Shown piece by piece: positions 47,947 to 57,129 of a DNA stretch of 64,000 nucleotides. The position numbers and the translations under genes were made by a program. The first letter of the stretch is position 1, and each line of letters starts with the position of its first letter. The notes under the pieces are model-generated. The model was not told the DNA's origin and made no database searches. It saw nothing but the letters and a program-made list of their open reading frames with translations. The stretch lies in IMG/VR virus record IMGVR_UViG_3300009103_001934, positions 1 to 64,000 of that record. One strand, 5' to 3'. The stretch is from a virus.

Positions 47947-48848
47947 ACAGCGAATACATAAGGCAGGTTCTGGGTGACTTAGGTTACACCCTGAGAGATT
48001 ACGGCGGCTACTTCAGAACGCGCCCTCTTTATCGTGACTCAGATAATGACGTAATCCTTTCGATCAACAAGGACACAGGAAGATGGAAAGACTTTAAGGA
48101 AGGAATATCTGGCGGTCTAGAAGATTTAGTTAAATTAACATTAGATTGTAACATAGAAGACGCCAGAAAGTTCCTGCAATCAAAAGGATCGGATAGACCA
48201 GTAGCAATAATAAAGCCAGAAGTAAAGCAAAGAAAAACATTAAATGATGAGTTCCTAAATAATTTAATTAAAAATAATAAATATTGGAATGACCGAGGAG
48301 TTTCTGACGAGACTTTGGATGAGTTCGGCGGGGGCGTATGTGAGTCCGGAAAAATGTTAGATAGATATGTTTTCCCTATTTACAGCGAAAGAGGTAAGCT
48401 TATTGGTGTATCAGGCAGAGATATTAATAATGACGAATGGACAAAGCGCCCCAAATGGAAACATATTGGCGACAAATCTTCTTGGACATACCCCACTCAA
48501 GTTAACGAAAGCATTTTAAAAGAATTAAAGCAAGCGATATTACTTGAGAGTATTGGTGATATGCTTGCGCTTTGGGAGAGCGGGATTAGAAACACTTTAG
48601 TTACTTTTGGTTTAGACATTAACATAGCAGTCTTAAATAAGCTCTTGCGTTTGGACCCAAATGATGTTATCATATCATTTAATAATGATAGTGAAAGCAA
48701 TCACGCCGGTAACTTGGCCGCACCAAAAGCGAAAAAGAAACTCCTCAAGTACTTTGACGAAAACCAAATCAAAATTGCGCTCCCGTCGCAAAACGACTTC
48801 GGAGAAATGACCCCAGCGCAAATTTCAGAATGGTACACTAGCCTTTAA
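47943..48848 (+). CDS. dnaG: DNA primase (DnaG-type Toprim)
   Basis: DRYVFPIY..G.LIGVSGR, PKWKH, ILLESIGDML, ISFNND..GN.AA, DFGEM. Confidence 0.85.
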   Translation: MNSEYIRQVLGDLGYTLRDYGGYFRTRPLYRDSDNDVILSINKDTGRWKDFKEGISGGLEDLVKLTLDCNIEDARKFLQSKGSDRPVAIIKPEVKQRKTLNDEFLNNLIKNNKYWNDRGVSDETLDEFGGGVCESGKMLDRYVFPIYSERGKLIGVSGRDINNDEWTKRPKWKHIGDKSSWTYPTQVNESILKELKQAILLESIGDMLALWESGIRNTLVTFGLDINIAVLNKLLRLDPNDVIISFNNDSESNHAGNLAAPKAKKKLLKYFDENQIKIALPSQNDFGEMTPAQISEWYTSL

Positions 48849-48849
48849 T

Positions 48850-49833
48850 ATGCCGCGTAAAAAGAAAAAGAAAATATTCCTGTCTGCATCTAGAATGAAG
48901 ACTATGGAAACTTGTAGCTGGATGTATTGGTGTAAGTACCACTTGAACTTACCAGACAAAACAAATGATGGAGCCCTACGGGGAACGATCTGCCATCTAA
49001 TTTTAGAGTTACTCCTTAAGCCCCGACACAAAAAGCATTATGACGCGATAATGAATAAAAAATCTATCAAAGCCAGCGTCCCCGTAGATAAAACGGTTAT
49101 TAAATTTCTCAAAGCTAATGACGCATGGAGTAAAGAAAATTATGATCTTTGCAATAAAATGATATACGTGGCGCTTGACCATGACTTTTTTGGTGGAGAC
49201 GGTGGGTTCATAGAAACCCCAGAGCAGGACTTTAAAATCGAAAATAAGAAGCCTAAATATAATATCTATGGATTTATTGATAAGCCAGTTCAATATAAAG
49301 ATAAAAAGCTTCTTAAGATTGTTGATTATAAAACAAGTAAAGCTAAATTCAAAGGGGACGAATTAGAAACTAACATACAGGCCATGATGTACTCATTAGC
49401 CTCCAAGAAGCTGTGGCCTAAACTAAAGCGGCGTATTGTACAATTTCTTTTTCTAAAGTTCCCTCGGTCACCAGCGCAGGAGTTGGAGTACACGGATGAG
49501 CAGCTTAAAGGGTTTGAGTATTATCTAGAAAGGGTTAATAAGATAGTAGAGGAGTATGACGAGAGCGCAGCTAAGGCTGATTATGCTGTGGATAATGGTC
49601 ACCACTGGTTATGCGGCCCCGCAAAGAGCGGTTGGATTTGTCCCTTTCATAAGCCGTTTAATTACTACGTTCTTTTAGATAAAAGCGGAAACCAATTAAA
49701 AAGCTCTTACGAAAATGACTTTCAACCGAAAGACGGACAGACGATTGAAGAACGTCATTACGATGGCTGTCCAGCAAAAAATTGTAATGCAAAAAAATCT
49801 TTACAAGATGACGATCCTTTTCTTGACTTTTAG
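48850..49833 (+). CDS. PD-(D/E)XK exonuclease, Cas4/AddB-like with Cys cluster
   Basis: LSASRMK..TC.W.YW, RGTICH, GFIDK, IVDYKTSK, Q..MY.LA, C-terminal C...C.F..C. Confidence 0.85.
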   Translation: MPRKKKKKIFLSASRMKTMETCSWMYWCKYHLNLPDKTNDGALRGTICHLILELLLKPRHKKHYDAIMNKKSIKASVPVDKTVIKFLKANDAWSKENYDLCNKMIYVALDHDFFGGDGGFIETPEQDFKIENKKPKYNIYGFIDKPVQYKDKKLLKIVDYKTSKAKFKGDELETNIQAMMYSLASKKLWPKLKRRIVQFLFLKFPRSPAQELEYTDEQLKGFEYYLERVNKIVEEYDESAAKADYAVDNGHHWLCGPAKSGWICPFHKPFNYYVLLDKSGNQLKSSYENDFQPKDGQTIEERHYDGCPAKNCNAKKSLQDDDPFLDF

Positions 49834-49851
49834 CCAGAAATCTCATACACT
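49823..49851 (+). promoter_or_regulatory. Sigma70-type promoter TTGACT-17-TACACT, 6 nt before ATG 49858
   Basis: Direct reading. Confidence 0.75.
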
Positions 49852-49857
49852 AGAATC

Positions 49858-50619
49858 ATGAGCGAGGTAGTGCCTTTATTCAAATCTCACTATAGCCTAG
49901 GGCGTAGTATACTAACCTTGGATAAGACAGAGTCTAGGTTAGAAGATGGGCCGGATTCTATCATAGACATTTGCGCTAAGAACGGTCTGAAAAGGGTTAC
50001 GTTATTGGACGACAATATGAGTGGGTTTCTAGAGGCGTACCTAAACTCAAAAGAGGCGGGTTTAAAATTGGCGTTTGGTTTAAGATTAAGGATTTTGGAC
50101 GATTGCGAGAACAAGAGTGAAGAATCGCTCTCTAAAACGTGCAAGTATGTAATATTTGCTAAGAATAAGGCTGGTTATAAAAGGCTTATTAAAATTTACA
50201 GCCACGCAGCAAAGGTAGGGTTTTATTATTTTCCGCGCATCGATTTCAAATCTCTTAAAACGTACTGGTCTAATGAGGATCTGAAATTATGTGTGCCATT
50301 TTATGATTCATTTGTATTTAGAAACTGTCTGGAGTATTCCAGTTGCGTACCCGAATTAGATTACGTGCAGCCCACGTTTTTTCTTGAGGATAATAATCTG
50401 CCCTTTGATAATCTAGTCGCAGAGAGGGTTAAGAAGTTTTGTGGTGATAAATATCCCACACAGAAAGTCAAAAGTATTTTTTATAAGGATCAGAAAGATT
50501 TTAAGGCGTACCTAACCTTTAGGTGCATTAATAACAGAACTACGCTGGACAAGCCTAACTTTGACCATATGTGTAGTGATCAATTCAGTTTTGAAAGTTG
50601 GAAAAATGGTACCGTTTAA
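49858..50619 (+). CDS. Stand-alone PHP domain of DNA polymerase III alpha
   Basis: PLFKSHYSLGRS, LLDDNMSGF, LAFGLRL, IFAKNKAGYKRLIKIYS pattern of the DnaE PHP domain. Confidence 0.85.
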   Translation: MSEVVPLFKSHYSLGRSILTLDKTESRLEDGPDSIIDICAKNGLKRVTLLDDNMSGFLEAYLNSKEAGLKLAFGLRLRILDDCENKSEESLSKTCKYVIFAKNKAGYKRLIKIYSHAAKVGFYYFPRIDFKSLKTYWSNEDLKLCVPFYDSFVFRNCLEYSSCVPELDYVQPTFFLEDNNLPFDNLVAERVKKFCGDKYPTQKVKSIFYKDQKDFKAYLTFRCINNRTTLDKPNFDHMCSDQFSFESWKNGTV

Positions 50620-50971
50620 CCCCAAAAAAGTAGAGAAAGATTGGGGGCACGAAATATGGCTCGCAAATAATAATAAGGAAGATTATTGTGGTAAGATTCT
50701 TTTTATCAAACAGGGGTACCATAGTTCCATGCATTATCATGTTGATAAGCATGAGACATTTTATGTCCTAGAGGGGGTTTTACGTGTGGACATGTTACAT
50801 GATATAGCAAAACCAGATCACCATCCGTTTACTATGACCTGTAAGCAGGGAGAAAGCATGGAGATGGAAAGAGGCCAAGCTCACATGTTGAGAGCAGACG
50901 AGGGAGATGTTACTTTAATTGAGATTAGTAAATTTCACAGAGACGAAGACAGCCACAGGCTTTATAGATAA
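50606..50971 (+). CDS. Cupin protein (mannose-6-phosphate isomerase/D-lyxose isomerase-like)
   Basis: VEKDWGHEIW, YCGKIL, SSMHYH..KHETFYVLEG, H...A. Confidence 0.8.
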   Translation: MVPFNPKKVEKDWGHEIWLANNNKEDYCGKILFIKQGYHSSMHYHVDKHETFYVLEGVLRVDMLHDIAKPDHHPFTMTCKQGESMEMERGQAHMLRADEGDVTLIEISKFHRDEDSHRLYR

Positions 50972-50972
50972 T

Positions 50973-51614
50973 ATGGATGATCATTTAATTAGATTTAATA
51001 AGGATAAGACACTAGTTTTTATTGACTGCGAGACAGAGAACTTATGTCTACATGGCAGTCATAACCTAGCGTGGCAGATCGCCATGATCAAAACGGTAAA
51101 CGGCAAGAAGATAGACGAGAAGAACTTTATCGTTAAGTATGACAGAGAGCTTCACGTTAGCGAAGCCGCTGCGAGAATCACGCGCTTTAGTCCGACGAGT
51201 CACGCCAAGAAGGCTCTAGAGTTTGAACAGATCTTTCCCACAGTACAAGATTGGCTAGATAATGCGGACTATGTGTTGGGACATAATATTTTAGGCTTTG
51301 ATATTTATTTAATTAAGTTTATGTACGAGAGCCAAGGGTTAAGCTATCAGCACTTAATGGAGAAAACCTTGGACACGATGTGCCTTGTTCGAGGAATCAA
51401 AATGAACGTAGAGCACAAGCCCGAATCAGAAAGCGTTTTAGAATATCAGTACAAACTTTTGCACACCAGAAAGAAAGGCTTGAAGACTAATCTACAGGCC
51501 GTAAGCAAAGAGTACGGCATAGAACATGATTATGAAAAGCTCCACGATGCGATAGTAGACTTAGAATTAAACCTAAAACTGTGGAATAAAATGATTTATC
51601 AATTAAGTATATGA
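50973..51614 (+). CDS. DEDDh 3'-5' exonuclease (Pol III epsilon-like)
   Basis: FIDCET, GHNILGFD, LHDAIVD motifs intact. Confidence 0.88.
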   Translation: MDDHLIRFNKDKTLVFIDCETENLCLHGSHNLAWQIAMIKTVNGKKIDEKNFIVKYDRELHVSEAAARITRFSPTSHAKKALEFEQIFPTVQDWLDNADYVLGHNILGFDIYLIKFMYESQGLSYQHLMEKTLDTMCLVRGIKMNVEHKPESESVLEYQYKLLHTRKKGLKTNLQAVSKEYGIEHDYEKLHDAIVDLELNLKLWNKMIYQLSI

Positions 51615-54157
51615 GTGATTTTTTTAGAGATTTTGAAAACTTAGACTTGAATCTTCATGGAGTTAGATTACCTTCGTTTGAAATCGAGAATGAGATAAAG
51701 AGGGAACTTAAAGTTAGCGAGGACCTTGAGAATTACGATTTTCTTAGAAAAATATGCCTCGATGGATTCAATAAGCTTGACATTAAAAAGGGGACCAAAG
51801 AACACAGCGACTACGTCGAGAGAGCTAAGTATGAATTAAAAACTTTGAAGAGCCTAGGCTTTATCGATTATGTGCTTTTAGTATGGGACGTAATGAATTA
51901 TTGTCACCGGAGCGGCATTCCAACGGGCCTTGGTCGAGGCTCTGCAGCAGGCAGTCTTGTCCTATTCCTTATTGGGGTTACTAAAATTGACCCAGTTAAA
52001 TATGGTTTATATTTTGAGAGATTTGTTTCTAAAATTCGAGCCAAGAAAAAGGTAGTTGACGGCATAACTTACCTTGATGGGTCTCTAATGTGTGACGTTG
52101 ATTTGGATATCTGTTACTACAGAAGAGCGGAAGTCCTCAGATATTTAGAACAGAAGTTCTCTGGAAGCACAAGTAAGATATTGACTCTGAATACTCTTAG
52201 CACCAAGCTCTTAATTAAGGAGTGCGGAAAGATTGTGGGAGAAAAATCGGAGTCAGAGATGAATGAAGTCACGGCGATCATACCCAAGATGTTCGGTATA
52301 GTTAAAGAGCTTACCGAGGCTTATGAAGAGGTAGAGAGCTTTAGGGATTGGTGCGATAAAAACAGAGAAATTTATGACATCGCGTTAAAGTTGAGAGGCC
52401 TAGTAAAAAACAAGGGGGTACACCCCTCGGGAATGCTACTATCGTACGGTAAGATGGACGAGTCTTGCCCGACAGAGCTTTCTTCCGATAAGGACCCCGT
52501 ATCGTCTTACGACATGAATTGGTCCTCTCTCTTTAACGTGAAGTTAGACTTGTTGGGGCTTAGGGGAGTATCTGTAGCGGATGACGTTTGCAAGCAGGTT
52601 GGAATTAAATTGGTTGATATTAATTTGAATCATCCGACAATTTACCAGAACCTTCAAGACCTCCGAACCGCTCACGGCCTGTTTCAGATCGAAGCGGATC
52701 TAGCACATAGAGTCAGTCAGACAGTAAAGCCCCGAAGTTTAGAAGAGTTAAGCGCGGTATTAGCTTTGGCTCGACCCGGTGCGATGGCGTATATGGACCA
52801 ATATGCTACGTATACAAACAGCGATATCTATGATCCCATTCATCCCTTCTTTGACGAGATATTGAAGGAGACGGGGGGCGTCGCCCTGTACCAAGAACAA
52901 CTAATGAAGATGGCGAATAAGGTTGGGTTTACTCTAGATGAAGCGGAAATATTACGGCGTATCGTGGGTAAGAAAAAGGTCGCGGAAGTGCGAAAGTGGA
53001 AGAAAAAGATTAGGGACAAGGTAGAAGAAAATAAGTTAGATAAAGAAGTGGGAGACATTTTATGGAAGGTACTCGAAGACTCGGCGAATTACTCCTTTAA
53101 CAAGGCTCACTCTATTGCTTATGCCGCGCTCGCAGCAATTACGATTTACCTTAAATTCAATTACCCCAAAGAGTTCTTTTTGAGCTTATTAAAAATGACG
53201 AGGCACGAGCCAGACCCGACCAGTGAGATAACCAAGATACAAAGGGAGCTTGCTTCTTTTGGTATCGAACTATTACCTCCCCACCTCACGAGATCAGAAA
53301 TGGATTTTTCAATTGAGGGGGACAACATCCGCTACGGTTTATTATCAATTAAAGGGATTAGCGATAAAAGCATAGAGAAGCTATCTAATTTTAGAAATAA
53401 ATATGCCGATAAATTTGAAACTTTTCAAGCAGCCAAACAGGCAGGGCTCAACATCGGAGTATTGTCAGCGTTAATACAGGCTGGAGCTCTCCAAGGATTC
53501 ACGCAATCGCGCTCTAAGGTCGTTTATGAGGCTCAGGTGTGGAATATACTTACCGAAAGAGAAAAGAGGCTTGTAATGCGGTTTGCGGACGAATACGAGT
53601 ACGATCTGGTGGCGATTATAAAGAAGCTCATGGGGTTCAAAGGGGATAACGGCAAGGATGTGATAAAAGAGTCTAGGTTTGGGACGATCAAAAAGAAATC
53701 TGGACCCTACAAGAGCATTTATGAGCTTAATAGCCGCTCAGAAACGTTTGCTAATTGGTATTACGAAAGAAAGTTATTAGGATACAGTCACTGCGTTAGG
53801 CTTAAAACCATCTTTGATTCTAAGAGGGCGGGTCTTGCGTATGTAGAGGATGTTAGCTCTCTTCGCGCGGGGCAGCGTCCCGTGTTTATAGGCGTTATAG
53901 AGGACATCATTTCGAGAACCTCGAAGAATAAAAATAAATATTTAAAAGTTTCTGTTTCAGACGAGACCGGAATTATTGACTGCCTTATGTTTAATAATAA
54001 TATTGAAGAGTGCGAGACGATGAATAACGGCTTGCCCGAAAAGGGTAATATTGTTATAGTTAAAGGAGTAAAGAAAGAGGACGCTGTATTTGCAAATCTA
54101 ATAGCAGTCCAAGATAATAAGGTTTATACTAAGCTTTCGGAGCTCAAAAATAGTTGA
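51611..54157 (+). CDS. dnaE: DNA polymerase III alpha catalytic core (no PHP domain)
   Basis: GRGSAAGSLV, LYFERF, CDVDLD, GVHPSG, KLDLLGL, YQEQLM, YSFNKAHS.AY, C-terminal OB fold. Confidence 0.95.
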   Translation: MSDFFRDFENLDLNLHGVRLPSFEIENEIKRELKVSEDLENYDFLRKICLDGFNKLDIKKGTKEHSDYVERAKYELKTLKSLGFIDYVLLVWDVMNYCHRSGIPTGLGRGSAAGSLVLFLIGVTKIDPVKYGLYFERFVSKIRAKKKVVDGITYLDGSLMCDVDLDICYYRRAEVLRYLEQKFSGSTSKILTLNTLSTKLLIKECGKIVGEKSESEMNEVTAIIPKMFGIVKELTEAYEEVESFRDWCDKNREIYDIALKLRGLVKNKGVHPSGMLLSYGKMDESCPTELSSDKDPVSSYDMNWSSLFNVKLDLLGLRGVSVADDVCKQVGIKLVDINLNHPTIYQNLQDLRTAHGLFQIEADLAHRVSQTVKPRSLEELSAVLALARPGAMAYMDQYATYTNSDIYDPIHPFFDEILKETGGVALYQEQLMKMANKVGFTLDEAEILRRIVGKKKVAEVRKWKKKIRDKVEENKLDKEVGDILWKVLEDSANYSFNKAHSIAYAALAAITIYLKFNYPKEFFLSLLKMTRHEPDPTSEITKIQRELASFGIELLPPHLTRSEMDFSIEGDNIRYGLLSIKGISDKSIEKLSNFRNKYADKFETFQAAKQAGLNIGVLSALIQAGALQGFTQSRSKVVYEAQVWNILTEREKRLVMRFADEYEYDLVAIIKKLMGFKGDNGKDVIKESRFGTIKKKSGPYKSIYELNSRSETFANWYYERKLLGYSHCVRLKTIFDSKRAGLAYVEDVSSLRAGQRPVFIGVIEDIISRTSKNKNKYLKVSVSDETGIIDCLMFNNNIEECETMNNGLPEKGNIVIVKGVKKEDAVFANLIAVQDNKVYTKLSELKNS

Positions 54158-54182
54158 CAAAAAATAAGAAAAAAGGTAATAT
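54154..54182 (+). promoter_or_regulatory. Sigma70-type promoter TTGACA-17-TAATAT, 6 nt before ATG 54189
   Basis: Direct reading. Confidence 0.8.
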
Positions 54183-54188
54183 TATTCT

Positions 54189-54755
54189 ATGATTCAGTTT
54201 TATAAACCAAATTCTAAAAATACAGGCTCAGCCTGTTCCTTTTGGTCAAATTATGACGGAAGCATAATGTCTTCCTTAATTAAACAGGCCAGCTGGAACG
54301 ATCAGGCAAAGAAAGGATCATTCGCAAAGAACAAGGACAACCCGAACAAGAGAGTTATTGTAAAATTAAATCCGACGGAAGTAGGGGGACTCATAGATAG
54401 TATTGAAACCAATCGTGAATTTTCTAACTATCACAATAGCCAAAACCAAACTCTTCAAATTAAGTTTGCTCCCTATCTGCGTAACGGCGAGCAAATAGGG
54501 TTTTCTTTTTCTGTTTATAAGCAGGACAAAGAAGACTCAGCAAACAAAGCTTCTTATGTTATCGGGTTCACCTTTAGCGAGGCTCGTTACCTGAAAGAGT
54601 TTTTAATTTATGTCCTCCGTAAAATTTTTGAGAAAGAGCACGAAGCTCATCTTAAATCTCAAAAGGAAAAAATTAAAGACATCATGAAAGAGAAGAGGGA
54701 AAATAAATCTAAACCGGATAGATCCCTAGCTAACGAGGAAGAGGATACTTGGTAA
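54189..54755 (+). CDS. Putative ssDNA-binding protein (Whirly/PC4-like fold)
   Basis: Two beta-beta-beta-alpha-like repeats ending KLNPTEVGGL and GFTFSEARYL; acidic C-terminus; follows dnaE. Confidence 0.4.
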   Translation: MIQFYKPNSKNTGSACSFWSNYDGSIMSSLIKQASWNDQAKKGSFAKNKDNPNKRVIVKLNPTEVGGLIDSIETNREFSNYHNSQNQTLQIKFAPYLRNGEQIGFSFSVYKQDKEDSANKASYVIGFTFSEARYLKEFLIYVLRKIFEKEHEAHLKSQKEKIKDIMKEKRENKSKPDRSLANEEEDTW

Positions 54756-56686
54756 TGAGTAAAACCGTACTCTCTAAAAAAAGAAAGAAAAAAGTCCTTT
54801 ATCATAGCGACTTCGCCTTAATGAAGACGGGCTTCGGAAAAGTGTCGAAGTTAATATTGTCTTATCTTTATAAAACCGGAAAGTATGACTTGGTCCAATT
54901 GAGTTGTGGGTTGACAGATGATAACCCGCAGTACCAGAGGGTTCCATGGGAGTGTCATGGAGCGATGTCTTCTGATCCTAGCGAAATAGAGCAACTCAAC
55001 AGAGACCCCAAGCTCGCACAGATGGCAAGCTATGGAGCGAATAGAATTGACGAGCTTGTTAATAAAATTAAACCGGACGTTTACATAGGGGTTCAGGACA
55101 TTTGGGGTGTAGATTTTGCGGTTAACAAAAAGTGGTTCCCCAGATCGAATACAGCGATATGGACTACGCTGGACTCCCTACCGATTTTACCTACGGCAGT
55201 GGAGGCCAGTAAGAAGGTAAAGAACTTTTGGATTTGGAGCAATTTCGCTACGGAAGAGTTAAAAAAACTAGGTCAAGGTCATGTTAAAACAGTTCGCGGC
55301 CCATTAGAAGATAAGGATTTTTTTAGACTAAAAGATCAAGAGAGAGTGCAGCTTAGAAATAAATTCGGCATACCCCAGTCAGCGTTTGTCATAGGGTTTG
55401 TATTTAGGAATCAACTTAGAAAATCTGTACCGAATTTAATAAAGGGATACAATCTTTTTAAAGAGAGAAATAAGGATGTCAAGTCTTATTTACTTTTACA
55501 TACTCACTTCGGAGAAGGATGGAATATCCATAAATTAGCCGAAGAGCACGGAGTTAATAAGGAGGAGATACTTTGTTCGTATGTCTGCAATCAGTGTAGC
55601 GCTTATTTTATCCACCAGTTTAAAGGACAAGGAGCAAATTGCCCAAGTTGCGGGGGAGAGAAGTGCCTAAACACCACCAACATTTCTGCCGGAGTCACAG
55701 AAGAGCAACTAAACGAAGTGTACAACTTAATGGATGTTTATTGCCATCCATTTACCTCTGGAGGGCAAGAGATTCCCATTCAAGAAGCAAAACTCACCGA
55801 GTTAGTAACCTTAGTTACGAACTATAGCTGTGGAGTGGATGCTTGTGAGCCAGAAGCTTACTCTTTACCTTTAGATTGGGCGGAGTACAGAGAACAAGGC
55901 ACAGAGTTCATTAAGGCCTCAACGAAGCATGAGTCTATAGCGGAGCAGTTGCAAAAAGTCTACGAGATGCCCACTCAAGAGAGACTTAAGATGGGTAAGC
56001 AAGCGAGGCAGTGGGTAATAGAAAACTTTTCAATAGAAGCGATAGGAAAACACTTTGAGGATTTTATCGACTCCTGCCCGCTGGTAAAAGACAAGAAAAG
56101 TGTTTATGCTATAAAGAAATCTCAGAACCCAAAGGCTCATGTAGAAGAAACTCTACCAGACAAAGAGTGGATTTTTTCTTTATATAAAAACATATTAGAC
56201 ATGAATATGACCGAATCAGATGAGGGGTTTCGGTACTGGATGGGAGAGATTAGCAAGGGAACAAGCAGGGGCGACATAGAAAACTATTTTAGGAGCGTAG
56301 CCCAAAAAGAATTAATATCCCAGCAGACGATTGCCGATTTCCTTGACGAAGACGATAAGGGAAAAAGGATACTTTACGCAATTCCTCAAAGCGCAGGAGA
56401 CGTATATATGGCTACAAGCCTATTCAAGAACCTAAAAGAACAGTATCCAAATTATAATTTATATGTAGCTACATCACCAGCCTATTTTGATATAGTTGAA
56501 GGGCATCCGCTAGTACATAAAGTTATACCATTCATCCCTCGCATGCAGGATATACATTATCTAGAGGGAGGACAAGGAAATGACGGCTTTTTTGAGATAG
56601 CGCTTTTAAGTCATGTTACAGCGCAAGTCCTGCCCTGTTATCAGCATAATGGGTTAGATAAAATAGCTTTTGACATTAAAAGATAA
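54755..56686 (+). CDS. Multidomain GT4 glycosyltransferase with Zn ribbon, DUF4214-like domain and GT9 N-terminal domain
   Basis: TGFGKVS, GFVFRNQLRK, CNQC..CPSC, FTSGGQEIPIQEA, LYKNIL..EGFRYW..EI..G.SR, AGDVYMATSLFKNLKEQYP. Confidence 0.85.
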   Translation: MSKTVLSKKRKKKVLYHSDFALMKTGFGKVSKLILSYLYKTGKYDLVQLSCGLTDDNPQYQRVPWECHGAMSSDPSEIEQLNRDPKLAQMASYGANRIDELVNKIKPDVYIGVQDIWGVDFAVNKKWFPRSNTAIWTTLDSLPILPTAVEASKKVKNFWIWSNFATEELKKLGQGHVKTVRGPLEDKDFFRLKDQERVQLRNKFGIPQSAFVIGFVFRNQLRKSVPNLIKGYNLFKERNKDVKSYLLLHTHFGEGWNIHKLAEEHGVNKEEILCSYVCNQCSAYFIHQFKGQGANCPSCGGEKCLNTTNISAGVTEEQLNEVYNLMDVYCHPFTSGGQEIPIQEAKLTELVTLVTNYSCGVDACEPEAYSLPLDWAEYREQGTEFIKASTKHESIAEQLQKVYEMPTQERLKMGKQARQWVIENFSIEAIGKHFEDFIDSCPLVKDKKSVYAIKKSQNPKAHVEETLPDKEWIFSLYKNILDMNMTESDEGFRYWMGEISKGTSRGDIENYFRSVAQKELISQQTIADFLDEDDKGKRILYAIPQSAGDVYMATSLFKNLKEQYPNYNLYVATSPAYFDIVEGHPLVHKVIPFIPRMQDIHYLEGGQGNDGFFEIALLSHVTAQVLPCYQHNGLDKIAFDIKR

Positions 56687-56690
56687 GAGA

Positions 56691-56696
56691 GTGTAT
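56691..56696 (+). promoter_or_regulatory. GTGTAT variant of the putative late-promoter motif
   Basis: 8 nt upstream of ATG 56705. Confidence 0.35.
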
Positions 56697-56704
56697 ATAT
56701 AAAT

Positions 56705-57010
56705 ATGGCAGAAGAATCACAAGGAGAGACCGTGAGAGAGTTCCGCGACCCCAAGGAGCTTTATTCTTTTTTGCATTCCACGGGGCTGCATAGCTTATCG
56801 TATGAATTGTATGATTTTTATACAAAATATAAGAACATAGGTGTCGGTTGTGGCTGTCAGAAAAAAAATAGGGAGGATGTCGCAAAAAAAGCTTACGTTA
56901 ATTCCCTATGCATGTTAAGCGAAGAGCATAAGTCTACGATATTAGAAGCGCTAGGGAGTGATTCCGCTAAGTTCTATCTTGATGGAGGAATTTTTGCAGA
57001 GTTTAAATAG
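56705..57010 (+). CDS. Hypothetical protein (GCGC motif)
   Basis: ORF track. Confidence 0.65.
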   Translation: MAEESQGETVREFRDPKELYSFLHSTGLHSLSYELYDFYTKYKNIGVGCGCQKKNREDVAKKAYVNSLCMLSEEHKSTILEALGSDSAKFYLDGGIFAEFK

Positions 57011-57099
57011 AGAGAAAAGCTGGCGCACTCGCATTTTATAAAATTGTGCCATACTGTCGCTCCCCCGAGTAAAACTCCCTGTTTTTTCAGGTTTTTTTT

Positions 57100-57115
57100 T
57101 GGCACGTTAATTGCT
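57100..57115 (+). promoter_or_regulatory. Sigma54 (RpoN) -24/-12 promoter TGGCACGTTAATTGCT
   Basis: Exact match to TGGCAC-N5-TTGCW, intergenic, 14 nt before the Hsp20 ATG. Confidence 0.75.
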
Positions 57116-57129
57116 TTAACTATCTCACT

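Noticed and set aside
25570-54157. Inteins or group I introns in nrdA, nrdB, recA, dnaB and dnaE
   Set aside because: Protein lengths are normal, motifs are contiguous, and no C...HN intein ends or LAGLIDADG/HNH inserts were seen.
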